Part shown: one piece after another, positions 46,381 to 56,718 of the stretch | Layout of the letters: each line of letters opens with the position of its first letter | Numbering within the stretch: the stretch's first letter is position 1 | NCBI RefSeq assembly: GCF_054482525.1 | Contig: NZ_CM137006.1 | Length of the DNA: 64,000 nt | Reading direction: 5' to 3' (one strand) | The notes under the pieces: generated by a model | The model's input: the letters and a program-made list of their open reading frames with translations, nothing else | The model's database searches: none | What the model was told of the DNA's origin: nothing | Translations under genes and position numbers: made by a program

Positions 46381-47768
46381 TGCAAATCGTCTCTGTCGAT
46401 ATTGGATCGACGTGGACCAAAGCAGCCCTCTTCACCCGGGAGGGGGACGCGTTAACGTTGGTTAACCACGTTCTGACCCCAACCACCACCCATCATCTGG
46501 CGAAGGGGTTTTTCTCCAGCCTGGACCAGGTGTTAAACGTAGATAATGCCCTCCCCCTGTTAAACAGTGGTGAGGTTGCATTGAAGTATTCCTCCTCTGC
46601 CAAAGGTGGGCTGGCGGTTGCCGCAATGGGATTGGTGCCTTCTATCACCCTGGAAACCGCGAAAGTAACCGCTCACTCTGCGGGTGCTAAAATTGCGCAA
46701 TATTACGCCTACAAGCTGAACCGCCGTGATATCCAGGCACTGGAAGAAACGCAGCCCGATATTCTCTTGTTCACCGGCGGCACCGATGGCGGAGAAGAAA
46801 GCTACGGACTGAATAACGCCCGTGTGTTGGCAGAATCCAAACTCGACTGCGCCATTATTTATGCCGGAAACCGGGATATTCAGGACGAGGTGCAGGAGAT
46901 CCTCGGGCATAAAGACCTGACCATCGTCGACAACGTTCTGCCCGATCTTGACCATCCGAACCCTTTAGCTGCACGCCAGGCTATCTGCGACATATTCCTT
47001 AAACGCATCGTTAAAGGGAAAGGGTTGGATGTCATTGTTGATAAAACAGGCGAAGAACCAATGCCGACACCATGGACGGTCTTTGAACTGGTTAAGGCAA
47101 TCAGTAACGTCGATCACAGCTGGAAAGAGTTCATGCTGATCGACATGGGTGGCGCAACCACCGATGTCTATTCCGCCTGTGCCAACACGCTCTCGCCCGA
47201 CACCGTTTTACACGGCGTACCGGAACCCTTCGTGAAACGGACGGTGGAAGGCGATCTGGGAATGCGCGTCTCGGCAATGGTGGTTGGTGAAAGTGCGAAA
47301 GAGTTAGTCAATGTGAATTTTGCTCAGCAACCCGCACAGCTGGACGCTTTTTATCATTACCTCCGCCATCTAGTCGCTCATCCCGACTACTTACCCGCGA
47401 ATGCAGAAGAAAAATATTTCGATACCGTCCTGGCCGGACTGTGTGTGGGTTATGCCACCGAAAGACATGCGGGCACCAAAAAAGAGGTCTGCACCTGCGT
47501 CGGCAATGTCGATTTACAGATGGGACGTGACCTGACAACCGTGCGTAAAGTCGTTGGTTCCGGCGGATGGCTCTCGCGTGCCAGTCAGTTCGATATGCAT
47601 CACTGGTTGAAATACCGCGAGTTAAACGACGACGGTAAACGCATTCTCTTACCGACCGAATTTGAATATTACCGCGATTCCCGGGGGCTATTACCACTGC
47701 TGGCAAACGTCGCCAGAGTCGATCCACTGGCCGCCGCGCGCACCAGTATTCAATGCTTAACCCTATAA
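46380..47768 (+). CDS. Glutamate mutase L component (GlmL/MutL-like, ASKHA-fold putative reactivase/chaperone)
   Basis: 462 aa [18 protein letters not shown] (ASKHA phosphate-1-like motif); start overlaps S-subunit stop (ATGA); located between S and E genes as in Clostridium. Confidence 0.8.
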   Translation: MQIVSVDIGSTWTKAALFTREGDALTLVNHVLTPTTTHHLAKGFFSSLDQVLNVDNALPLLNSGEVALKYSSSAKGGLAVAAMGLVPSITLETAKVTAHSAGAKIAQYYAYKLNRRDIQALEETQPDILLFTGGTDGGEESYGLNNARVLAESKLDCAIIYAGNRDIQDEVQEILGHKDLTIVDNVLPDLDHPNPLAARQAICDIFLKRIVKGKGLDVIVDKTGEEPMPTPWTVFELVKAISNVDHSWKEFMLIDMGGATTDVYSACANTLSPDTVLHGVPEPFVKRTVEGDLGMRVSAMVVGESAKELVNVNFAQQPAQLDAFYHYLRHLVAHPDYLPANAEEKYFDTVLAGLCVGYATERHAGTKKEVCTCVGNVDLQMGRDLTTVRKVVGSGGWLSRASQFDMHHWLKYRELNDDGKRILLPTEFEYYRDSRGLLPLLANVARVDPLAAARTSIQCLTL

Positions 47769-47786
47769 CAATTAAGGCTGCAATCA

Positions 47787-49232
47787 ATGGAACTTCGAAA
47801 TAAGAAATTAACCCATGACGAATTCATGACCGAGCGGCAACAGGTACTGAAAACCTGGGAAACCGGCAAGGATGTTGAAAACTTTGAAGATGGCGTTAAA
47901 TACCAACAAACCATTCCGGAGCATAAACGCTTCTCTCTTGCCCTGCTGAAAGCAGACAAGGAAGGTAAAACTCTTAGCCAACCGCGCGCAGGCGTGGCGC
48001 TGATGGACGAACACATCGAACTACTGAAAACACTACAAGAAGAGTGCGATCTGCTGCCGAGCACCATCGATGCATATACCCGTCTGAATCGGTACGAAGA
48101 AGCGGCTGTAGGGATTAAAAAATCCATCGAAGCCGGAACCTCTAAACTGAACGGTTTACCGGTCGTTAACCATGGCGTCGCAGCTTGCCGTCGCCTCACC
48201 GAAACTCTGCAAAAACCGCTACAGATCCGCCACGGCACGCCAGATGCGCGTCTGCTGGCTGAAATCTCGATGGCCAGCGGCTTTACCAGTTATGAAGGCG
48301 GCGGCATTTCCTACAATATTCCGTATGCCAAGCGCGTAACGCTGGAAAAATCGATCCGCGACTGGCAGTACTGCGACCGTTTAATGGGGATGTATGAAGA
48401 ACACGGGATCCGCATCAACCGCGAACCGTTTGGCCCACTAACGGGTACGCTGATCCCGCCGTTTATCTCGCACTCTATCGCGATAATCGAAGGATTACTG
48501 GCGCTGGAACAGGGTGTGAAATCTATCACCGTTGGTTATGGACAGGTCGGCAGCCTTACGCAGGATGTCGCGGCGATCCAGTCTCTGCGTGAACTTGCAC
48601 ACGAATACTTTCAGAGCTATGGCTATACCGACTATGAATTAAGTACCGTATTTCACCAGTGGATGGGCGGCTTTCCGGAAGACGAATCGAAAGCGTTCGC
48701 CATTATCTCCTGGGGTGCAGCCGTCGCGGGGATGTCTGGTGCCACCAAAGTCATCACCAAAAGTCCGCACGAAGCCTGGGGCATCCCGACTGCCACTGCC
48801 AACATTCAGGGGCTGAAAGCCTCCCGCCAGATGCTCAACATGGTCAATGAGCAGAAATTCCCGCCGTGCCCTGCGGTTGAACTGGAAATTGAACTGATTA
48901 AGAGCGAGGTTCGCGCGGTACTCAATAAAGTGTTCGAATTGGGTAATGGTGATATTGCGCGCGGTACGGTGCTGGCATTTGAAGCGGGCGTACTGGATGT
49001 GCCGTTTGCACCAGCCGCGTGTAACGCGGGCAAAATTCTTCCTGTCCGTGATAACACCGGCGCGATACGCGTACTGGAAGCCGGAGCCGTTCCATTGCCA
49101 AAAGATATTCTCGACCTCCACCACGATTACGTTGCTGAACGCGCACGCTTTGAAGGACGCCAACCGACATTCCAGATGGTTGTAGATGACATCAATGCTG
49201 TATCCCACAGTAAATTAATAGGAAGACCATAA
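47787..49232 (+). CDS. Glutamate mutase E (epsilon) catalytic subunit, methylaspartate mutase
   Basis: 481 aa MELRNKKLTHDEFMTERQQVLKTWETGKDVE...; strong resemblance to remembered Clostridium cochlearium GlmE (MELKNKKWTDEEF...QPRAGVALLDEHI...HGTPDSRLLAEI...GGGISYNIPYAK). Confidence 0.9.
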   Translation: MELRNKKLTHDEFMTERQQVLKTWETGKDVENFEDGVKYQQTIPEHKRFSLALLKADKEGKTLSQPRAGVALMDEHIELLKTLQEECDLLPSTIDAYTRLNRYEEAAVGIKKSIEAGTSKLNGLPVVNHGVAACRRLTETLQKPLQIRHGTPDARLLAEISMASGFTSYEGGGISYNIPYAKRVTLEKSIRDWQYCDRLMGMYEEHGIRINREPFGPLTGTLIPPFISHSIAIIEGLLALEQGVKSITVGYGQVGSLTQDVAAIQSLRELAHEYFQSYGYTDYELSTVFHQWMGGFPEDESKAFAIISWGAAVAGMSGATKVITKSPHEAWGIPTATANIQGLKASRQMLNMVNEQKFPPCPAVELEIELIKSEVRAVLNKVFELGNGDIARGTVLAFEAGVLDVPFAPAACNAGKILPVRDNTGAIRVLEAGAVPLPKDILDLHHDYVAERARFEGRQPTFQMVVDDINAVSHSKLIGRP

Positions 49233-50473
49233 TGAAAATAAAACAGGCCCTGTTCACCGCTGGCTATTCCTCATTCTATTTCGATGACCAGCAGGCGATA
49301 AAAAACGGAGCGGGTCACGACGGCTTTTTTTATACCGGGGAGCCAGTAACACAGGGGTTTAACGCCGTACGTCAGGCCGGGGAGTGCGTATCGGTACAGT
49401 TGATTCTGGAAAACGGCGCGGTCGCCGTAGGTGACTGTGCTGCCGTACAGTATTCCGGGGCAGGTGGTCGCGATCCACTGTTCCTCGCGGAGCACTTTAT
49501 TCCGTTCCTCAACGACCATATCAAGCCATTACTGGTAGGCCGCGATGTGGATGCTTTCCTGCCGAATGCCCGTTTCTTCGACAAATTGCGTATTGACGGC
49601 AACTTGCTGCATACCGCCGTGCGCTACGGATTATCACAGGCGCTGCTTGATGCTACCGCGCTGGCAACCGGCCGTCTGAAAACTGAAGTGGTCTGTGATG
49701 AATGGCAGTTGCCACGCGTGGCGGAATCCATTCCATTATTTGGTCAGAGCGGCGACGATCGATATATCGCCGTCGATAAGATGATCCTTAAGGGCATCGA
49801 CGTGCTGCCCCATGCGCTGATTAATAACGTCGAAGAGAAACTGGGCTTTAAAGGTGAAAAACTGCGCGAATATGTCCGCTGGCTGTCGGATCGTATTCTG
49901 AGCAAGCGCACCAGCGCACGCTACCACCCTACCCTGCACATCGATGTATACGGCACTATCGGTCTGATCTTCGATATGGATCCGCTTCGCTGTGCGCAAT
50001 ACATCGCCAGCCTGGAAAAAGAAGCGCAAGGCCTGCCGCTCTACATTGAAGGGCCGGTCGATGCCGGTAACAAGCCCGATCAAATTCGCCTGCTGACCGC
50101 GATTACCAAAGAGCTGACGCGCCTCGGTTCCGGCGTGAAAATTGTGGCCGATGAATGGTGTAACACCTACCAGGATATTGTTGATTTCACCGATGCCGCC
50201 AGTTGCCACATGGTGCAAATCAAAACCCCGGATCTGGGCAGTATTCACAACATCGTCGATGCAGTTCTTTATTGCAACAGCCACAGCATGGAAGCGTACC
50301 AGGGCGGCACCTGCAATGAAACTGATGTCAGTGCCCGCACCTGTGTCCACGTCGCCCTTGCCGCTCGCCCCATACGTATGCTGGTAAAGCCAGGGATGGG
50401 CTTTGACGAAGGCCTCGATATCGTCTTCAACGAAATGAATCGTACTATCGCGCTGTTGCAGGCTAAGGATTAA
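49232..50473 (+). CDS. 3-methylaspartate ammonia-lyase (beta-methylaspartase)
   Basis: 413 aa MKIKQALFTAGYSSFYFDDQQAIKNGAGHDGFFYTGEP...CAAVQYSGAGGRDPLF...; enolase-superfamily MAL, close to remembered clostridial MAL; start overlaps glmE stop. Confidence 0.92.
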   Translation: MKIKQALFTAGYSSFYFDDQQAIKNGAGHDGFFYTGEPVTQGFNAVRQAGECVSVQLILENGAVAVGDCAAVQYSGAGGRDPLFLAEHFIPFLNDHIKPLLVGRDVDAFLPNARFFDKLRIDGNLLHTAVRYGLSQALLDATALATGRLKTEVVCDEWQLPRVAESIPLFGQSGDDRYIAVDKMILKGIDVLPHALINNVEEKLGFKGEKLREYVRWLSDRILSKRTSARYHPTLHIDVYGTIGLIFDMDPLRCAQYIASLEKEAQGLPLYIEGPVDAGNKPDQIRLLTAITKELTRLGSGVKIVADEWCNTYQDIVDFTDAASCHMVQIKTPDLGSIHNIVDAVLYCNSHSMEAYQGGTCNETDVSARTCVHVALAARPIRMLVKPGMGFDEGLDIVFNEMNRTIALLQAKD

Positions 50474-50476
50474 CAA

Positions 50477-51847
50477 ATGGCTCGTTCTTTTAAAGTCTTA
50501 TCGCCAACGGCAATCCTCGGGTATGGATTCCCGGAGGAGAGCTTCCGCAAAGCGATGGCAGAATCGCCCGATCTGATCGCCGTTGATGCTGGCTCTTCCG
50601 ATCCGGGTCCCCACTACCTCGGGGCGGGCAAACCGTTTACCGATCGCGCAGGGGTCAAGCGCGATCTACGCTATATGATCACCGCAGGCGTGCAAAATAA
50701 TATACCGGTGGTGATCGGAACGGCCGGCGGTTCTGGTGCCGCTCCACACCTGGAGTGGTGCCGAGAAATAATTCATGAGATTGCCCGGGAAGAGCACCTC
50801 TCGTTCTCGATGGCGCTGATCCCGGCAGACGTTGACAAAGCCATCGTCCACCAGGCGCTGGATAACGGCAAAATCACGGCGCTGGATTTTGTCCCGCCGT
50901 TAACCCACGACGCGATTGACGAAAGTACGTATATCGTCGCGCAAATGGGCATCGAACCCTTCCAGCAGGCGCTGAAAGAAGGCGCGCAAGTGGTGCTGGG
51001 CGGGCGCGCTTACGACCCGGCCTGCTTTGCTGCGCTACCGATCATGCAAGGCTTTGATGAAGGTCTGGCGCTGCATTGTGGGAAAATCCTTGAATGCGCG
51101 GCAATCGCCGCAACGCCCGGCTCAGGCTCTGACTGTGCGATGGGCATCATTGATGACAACGGCTTTACGCTGAAGACATTTAATCCGAAGCGTAAATTTA
51201 CCGAAACGTCAGCGGCTGCACACACACTGTATGAGAAATCCGATCCCTACTTCCTGCCAGGACCTGGCGGCGTGTTGAACCTGAAAGGCTGCACATTTAA
51301 AGCGGTCAATGACGGCGAAGTGTACGTCAGCGGTTCTAAGCATGAAGAAACGCCGTATGCCCTGAAACTGGAAGGTGCGCGACGGGTGGGCTTCCGCTGT
51401 CTGACCATCGCAGGAACGCGCGACCCGATCATGATCGCCGGGATCGATAAAATCATCGATGAAGTCAAAACCAGCGTTTCGCGTAACCTGTCGCTCGACG
51501 ATGACAGCATACGCATCAATTTCCACCTGTACGGCAAAAACGGGGTGATGGGCGACCATGAACCGATGCAAACTGCCGGGCATGAGCTGGGGATTGTCCT
51601 TGATGTAGTTGCACCGACCCAGGAAATTGCCAACAGCGTTTGCTCGCTGGTGCGCTCTACTATGCTGCACTACGGCTATGAAAACCGCATCGCTACCGCA
51701 GGCAACCTGGCGTTCCCATTCTCCCCTTCAGATATCCAGGGCGGGCCGGTATACGAATTTTCCATATATCACCTGATTGAAGCCAACGACGCTCTGCGTT
51801 TTGATTTCCATATTGAACAGGTGACGCCAGAAGGAGTTCAGGCATGA
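50477..51847 (+). CDS. Conserved protein of unknown function (possibly DUF1446 / AtuA-like family; assignment from memory, unverified)
   Basis: 456 aa ORF starting 4 nt after MAL stop; no recognisable catalytic motif. Confidence 0.75.
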   Translation: MARSFKVLSPTAILGYGFPEESFRKAMAESPDLIAVDAGSSDPGPHYLGAGKPFTDRAGVKRDLRYMITAGVQNNIPVVIGTAGGSGAAPHLEWCREIIHEIAREEHLSFSMALIPADVDKAIVHQALDNGKITALDFVPPLTHDAIDESTYIVAQMGIEPFQQALKEGAQVVLGGRAYDPACFAALPIMQGFDEGLALHCGKILECAAIAATPGSGSDCAMGIIDDNGFTLKTFNPKRKFTETSAAAHTLYEKSDPYFLPGPGGVLNLKGCTFKAVNDGEVYVSGSKHEETPYALKLEGARRVGFRCLTIAGTRDPIMIAGIDKIIDEVKTSVSRNLSLDDDSIRINFHLYGKNGVMGDHEPMQTAGHELGIVLDVVAPTQEIANSVCSLVRSTMLHYGYENRIATAGNLAFPFSPSDIQGGPVYEFSIYHLIEANDALRFDFHIEQVTPEGVQA

Positions 51848-52161
51848 AACAGTCAATTGTCTCACTGGCGCAAGTCATTCGTTCGAAAAATGCCGGACCT
51901 TACGAACTGGTTTTAGATATTTTATTTAAAACCAAAGAAAACTATGAGCGAGTTAAATCATCAGGGCAATTAACCCCAGAACTGATCGCGCGCTTATATC
52001 ATGTTGAACCTGACTTTATTCATCGTATTGTCTGGTTTGATCCTTCTAACGCAGTAAAAATCGTCATGCCACGAGATATTATCTCCGGGAATGTAGGTGA
52101 CAATGATGTCTATGGTGCACAGCAACATGCACCTTTATTAAATATGAGTTTCGATTTGTAA
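51844..52161 (+). CDS. Small conserved protein of unknown function (possibly DUF4387), partner of preceding gene
   Basis: 105 aa ORF whose ATG overlaps the stop of the preceding gene (ATGA), implying translational coupling. Confidence 0.7.
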   Translation: MKQSIVSLAQVIRSKNAGPYELVLDILFKTKENYERVKSSGQLTPELIARLYHVEPDFIHRIVWFDPSNAVKIVMPRDIISGNVGDNDVYGAQQHAPLLNMSFDL

Positions 52162-52321
52162 AAATCCGAACACTTTTAGCCAACTGACATCCCGTCACTT
52201 ATTGCAGTTCAACACTTCAGCTATTTGTAAGGTTGTAATAGCAGGTAGATGCCTGAATCTTTATTCGGGCATCTACTTCTCCTGATTCTGATTTATCGCC
52301 GTGCACCTGATGGAGGAAAAA

Positions 52322-53602
52322 ATGAAGAAAATAAGTTTAACCACGATGATTCTTTTGGCGCTGGTACTTGGAATGATTATCGGCGTAGTGCTCAATAACA
52401 CTGCTTCACCGGAAACAGCAAAACTCTATGCGCAAGAAATATCGATATTCACGACGATTTTCTTACGACTGATAAAAATGATTATCGCTCCGTTAGTGGT
52501 CTCTACCCTGGTGGTAGGTATAGCTAAAATGGGCGATGCCAAAGCCCTTGGTCGTATTTTTTCTAAAACACTCTTTTTATTTATTTGCGCCTCATTGCTG
52601 TCAATTGCCTTAGGCTTGATAACAGTAAATTTCTTCATGCCAGGCACAGGAATTAATTTTGTTGCACACGGTGCCGAAACCACCGGAGTGGTCGCGTCAG
52701 AACCCTTTACGCTAAAAGTATTTATTTCGCATGCTTTCCCCACCAGCATTGTCGATGCCATGGCGCACAATGAAATTTTGCAAATCGTGGTGTTCTCAAT
52801 TTTCCTCGGCTGTAGCCTGACGGCGATTGGTGAGAAAGGCAGCGCCATCGTTCACGCCTTAGATTCGCTGGCACATGCCATGTTAAAGCTCACTGGCTAC
52901 GTCATGCTCTTCGCTCCCCTGACCGTATTCGCTGCTATTTCAGCATTGATTGCTGAACGAGGACTGGCAGTTATGGTGAGCGCCGGGATCTTTATGGGTG
53001 AATTTTATTTCACCATGTTGTTACTTTGGGTGCTGCTTATCGGTCTGGCCATCGTTTATGTCGGCCCCTGCATCAGACGCCTGACCCGCGCCCTTTCGGA
53101 ACCCGCCCTGCTGGCATTTACCACATCCAGTTCTGAAGCGGCTTTTCCGGGAACGCTTGAAAAACTGGAGCAATTTGGCGTTTCCCCCAAAATTGCCAGC
53201 TTTGTCTTACCCATTGGCTACTCATTTAATCTCGTTGGATCAATGGCCTACTGCTCCTTCGCCACAGTTTTCATCGCCCAGGCCTGCAATATCCATTTAT
53301 CCATCGGTGAGCAAATCACCATGCTGTTGATCCTGATGTTGACCTCGAAAGGAATGGCTGGCGTACCACGCGCCTCAATGGTGGTTATCGCCGCCACGCT
53401 CAACCAGTTCAATATTCCGGAAGCGGGGCTGATCTTGCTGATGGGCGTTGATCCGTTCCTTGATATGGGGCGTTCAGCGACAAACGTCATGAGCAACGCA
53501 ATGGGCGCTGCGATGGTGAGTCGGTGGGAAGGCGAACATTTCGGCGAGGGCTGTCGGGGTAAAGCATTAAAACCCAATGAATCGAACGTTGCTCTGCCCT
53601 GA
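52322..53602 (+). CDS. Dicarboxylate/amino acid:cation symporter (GltP/DctA family)
   Basis: ORF 52301..53602; start MKKISLTTMILLALVLGMIIGVV at 52322 after SD ggagg; multi-pass hydrophobic protein resembling glutamate/aspartate or C4-dicarboxylate symporters. Confidence 0.85.
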   Translation: MKKISLTTMILLALVLGMIIGVVLNNTASPETAKLYAQEISIFTTIFLRLIKMIIAPLVVSTLVVGIAKMGDAKALGRIFSKTLFLFICASLLSIALGLITVNFFMPGTGINFVAHGAETTGVVASEPFTLKVFISHAFPTSIVDAMAHNEILQIVVFSIFLGCSLTAIGEKGSAIVHALDSLAHAMLKLTGYVMLFAPLTVFAAISALIAERGLAVMVSAGIFMGEFYFTMLLLWVLLIGLAIVYVGPCIRRLTRALSEPALLAFTTSSSEAAFPGTLEKLEQFGVSPKIASFVLPIGYSFNLVGSMAYCSFATVFIAQACNIHLSIGEQITMLLILMLTSKGMAGVPRASMVVIAATLNQFNIPEAGLILLMGVDPFLDMGRSATNVMSNAMGAAMVSRWEGEHFGEGCRGKALKPNESNVALP

Positions 53603-53709
53603 GGGGGATCTTAAGCAATCAGAAGCCAATGACTACGCATTTTTATAAGCCGGATCATGAAGTTAGACGGCAATTAAGTAACACTAACGTTTAAGGTGAA
53701 AAGTGAAAT

Positions 53710-55362
53710 ATGTCCAAACCATTTATCTGGCAAGAACCGTTTCTACAAAATAAAGACGGTACAGAATATACATTAATTAGCGATCAACATATTACAGTAA
53801 CGGAATTAGACGGCGAAGAAGTGATAAAAATCGCTCCTGAAGCATTAACGCTGCTTGCCCGGCAGGCATTTTATGAAGCCTCTTTTTTCTTACGTTCCGC
53901 TCATTTGCAACAGGTCGCCAGCATTTTTAACGATCCGCAGGCCAGCAGTAATGATAAATACGTTGCGTTGCAGTTATTACGTAATGCTGAAGTCTCAGCA
54001 AAAGGGGTATTACCCAACTGTCAGGATACCGGCACCGCAACTATTGTTGCCAGTAAAGGGCAACAGATATGGACCGGAGGTAACGACGCTGAAGCCTTAA
54101 GCAAAGGCATTTACACCACTTTCCAGGAAAATAATCTGCGCTTTTCACAAAATGCGCCGCTGGATATGTACACCGAAGTCAATACGCAAACCAATCTCCC
54201 GGCGCAGATTGATATCAGCGCTGTCGCTGGTGATGAGTACCATTTTCTCTGTGTTAATAAAGGGGGCGGCTCTGCCAATAAAGCCGCGCTTTATCAGGAA
54301 ACCAAATCCTTATTGCAACCAGAAAAACTGACCGCATTTTTAATCGAAAAAATGAAATCGCTGGGCACCGCTGCCTGCCCGCCTTACCACATCGCCTTTG
54401 TCGTCGGAGGGCTTTCAGCCGATCAAACCTTAAAAGTTGCCAAGCTGGCCTCTACGAAATATTACGACAATTTGCCCACCAGCGGAAACGAGCAGGGACA
54501 AGCATTCCGTGATATTGAGCTGGAAAAAGTGTTGCTCGAGGCCAGTCAGCAATTTGGTATTGGTGCGCAATTTGGGGGTAAATATTTCGCTCATGATATT
54601 CGCGTCATTCGTCTGCCGCGTCACGGTGGCTCTTGCCCGATAGCTATGGCGCTCTCCTGTTCTGCGGATCGCAATATCAAAGCAAAAATTAACAAGCACG
54701 GTATCTGGCTGGAAAAACTCGAACACAATCCTGGGCAATATATTCCAGCCTCACTACGGGAAGAAAATCACGCGCAACATGTACAACTGGATCTAAACCG
54801 TCCGTTGCGTGAAGTGATGCAGGATCTCGCCAGATTACCGGTAGGTACCCGCGTGTCGTTAAGTGGTCCCATCGTAGTGGCGCGCGATATCGCCCACGCC
54901 AAAATAAAAGTGCGGCTGGATAGCGGCGAACCGATGCCGGATTACCTGAAGCATCATATTGTCTATTACGCTGGCCCGGCGAAAACACCGGAGAACATGG
55001 CCTGCGGTTCACTGGGTCCAACCACGGGCGGTCGAATGGACGGTTATGTCGATACCTTCCAGGCTGCTGGCGGCAGTCTGGTAATGTTATCGAAAGGTAA
55101 CCGCAGCCAGCAGGTCACCGATGCCTGTCACAAACATGGCGGCTTCAATCTGGGAAGTATTGGCGGTGCAGCTGCGTTACTGGCGCAAGAATATGTCAAA
55201 AGTCTGCGTTGCCTGGAATACCCGGAGCTGGGTATGGAAGCGGTGTGGATGATGGAAGTGGAAAATTTACCCGCATTCATCCTGGTAGATGATAAAGGCA
55301 ATAATTTCTTTAGTCAGTTTGAGCAGCAACACCGCTGTGCCAGTTGCCCTGCGGGACATTAA
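53710..55362 (+). CDS. fumD: Class I (Fe-S) fumarate hydratase-like enzyme; likely mesaconase/fumarase FumD type
   Basis: 550 aa, collinear similarity to E. coli FumA/FumB ([74 protein letters not shown]); clustered with glutamate mutase and MAL. Confidence 0.85.
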   Translation: MSKPFIWQEPFLQNKDGTEYTLISDQHITVTELDGEEVIKIAPEALTLLARQAFYEASFFLRSAHLQQVASIFNDPQASSNDKYVALQLLRNAEVSAKGVLPNCQDTGTATIVASKGQQIWTGGNDAEALSKGIYTTFQENNLRFSQNAPLDMYTEVNTQTNLPAQIDISAVAGDEYHFLCVNKGGGSANKAALYQETKSLLQPEKLTAFLIEKMKSLGTAACPPYHIAFVVGGLSADQTLKVAKLASTKYYDNLPTSGNEQGQAFRDIELEKVLLEASQQFGIGAQFGGKYFAHDIRVIRLPRHGGSCPIAMALSCSADRNIKAKINKHGIWLEKLEHNPGQYIPASLREENHAQHVQLDLNRPLREVMQDLARLPVGTRVSLSGPIVVARDIAHAKIKVRLDSGEPMPDYLKHHIVYYAGPAKTPENMACGSLGPTTGGRMDGYVDTFQAAGGSLVMLSKGNRSQQVTDACHKHGGFNLGSIGGAAALLAQEYVKSLRCLEYPELGMEAVWMMEVENLPAFILVDDKGNNFFSQFEQQHRCASCPAGH

Positions 55363-55371
55363 GGAAAATGA

Positions 55372-55974
55372 ATGGAAGCGCGAATTTCAACTGAACGGCA
55401 TGTGCAGCACCAGCAAAAATTGAAGGAACAGGTCGATACGCGCGTCGCGGCGGCGATAGAGAAAAAAGGGATCTTGATTGTTTTCACCGGCAACGGCAAA
55501 GGGAAATCCACTGCCGCGTTTGGTACTGTGACGCGCGCGGTGGGTCATGGCAAAACGGTGGGGGTTGCGCAGTACATCAAGGGGCAATGGGACAACGGCG
55601 AATACAACCTTCTCCAGCCGCTGGGGGTTGAGTTTCATATTATGGGAACCGGTTTTACCTGGGAGACACAGAACCGGCAAGCGGATATCGACGCGGCGAA
55701 AGAGGTCTGGTCGGAAAGCAAACGGATGCTGGCTGACAAGCGTTACGACTTAGTGGTGCTTGATGAGCTGACCTATATGCTGGCTTACCATTATCTGGAC
55801 ACCGAAGAAGTGATCGCTTCTCTGCAAAACCGCCCGGCACAACAAAGTGTCATTGTCACCGGACGCGGTTGCCACAGTCAGATATTAAAAATGGCGGATA
55901 CGGTCAGCGAAATCCGCCCCGTCAAACATGCTTTTGATAACGGCATTCAGGCGCAGCCGGGTATCGACTGGTAA
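55372..55974 (+). CDS. Cob(I)alamin adenosyltransferase (CobA/BtuR family), cluster-associated
   Basis: 200 aa; P-loop VFTGNGKGKSTAAFG and ...WETQNRQADIDAA...DLVVLDELTYM...TGRGCH...VSEIRPVKHAF matching remembered E. coli BtuR. Confidence 0.88.
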   Translation: MEARISTERHVQHQQKLKEQVDTRVAAAIEKKGILIVFTGNGKGKSTAAFGTVTRAVGHGKTVGVAQYIKGQWDNGEYNLLQPLGVEFHIMGTGFTWETQNRQADIDAAKEVWSESKRMLADKRYDLVVLDELTYMLAYHYLDTEEVIASLQNRPAQQSVIVTGRGCHSQILKMADTVSEIRPVKHAFDNGIQAQPGIDW

Positions 55975-56685
55975 TAAATATCCTCCGGCATAGCCGGAGG
56001 TTTTTCAAATGCGCCTATAAGGCTCTCTTACCAGCCGCGCCCTAACAGGCGCACACGATCTGACATTTGCATCCAACTTCGTTACTTACGGCCCGTAAAC
56101 GGGCTGCCCGGATAGGGAATCGATAACTGCTCTCCCATTTTATCCTCTTCAAGCTGGTGCTTTATGTAATCCTGTATCTTCGCCGTGTTCTTACCCACCG
56201 TATCGACGTAGTACCCTCTGCACCAGAACTCCCTGTTCCTGTATTTGAATTTCAAATCACCAAACTGCTCGTAAAGCATCAGACTGCTTTTCCCTTTCAG
56301 ATATCCCATAAAGCCGGATACGCTCATTTTGGGCGGGATCTCCACAAGCATATGGATATGATCTGCACAGCATTCAGCTTCCAGAATCCGTACACTTTTC
56401 CACTCACACAGCTTTCTCAAAATACTGCCTATTGCTCTACGCTTCTCTCTGTAGAACACCTGTCTTCGGTATTTTGGCGCAAAAACTATGTGATATTTAC
56501 AGTTCCATCGGGTGTGCGCTAAGCTCTTTTCGTTCCCCATTGGGACCCCCTTTTGATTTCTTGTTTGACACTTGCAGTTGCCAGACCGCAAGGTGTTTTA
56601 ACAAATCAAAAGGGGTTTTAATAACTGGCTTAAAGCTGAAAGCTTTCCGGAACCCCCAGCCTAGCTGGGGGTTTTCTGTGCACAA
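55973..56685 (-). mobile_element. IS200-family insertion sequence, copy 2, 713 bp
   Basis: Identical by eye to 19138..19850 including transposase gene and both subterminal hairpins; begins within/at the TAA stop of the adenosyltransferase gene. Confidence 0.9.
56082..56540 (-). CDS. tnpA: IS200-type Y1 (HUH) transposase TnpA
   Basis: Protein identical to that of copy 1 (supplied ORFs 19247..19756 and 56082..56591 are identical). Confidence 0.9.
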   Translation of the reverse strand: MGNEKSLAHTRWNCKYHIVFAPKYRRQVFYREKRRAIGSILRKLCEWKSVRILEAECCADHIHMLVEIPPKMSVSGFMGYLKGKSSLMLYEQFGDLKFKYRNREFWCRGYYVDTVGKNTAKIQDYIKHQLEEDKMGEQLSIPYPGSPFTGRK

Positions 56686-56718
56686 TAACTGCGCCTGGCA
56701 TCCCGCCAGGCGCAGGTT

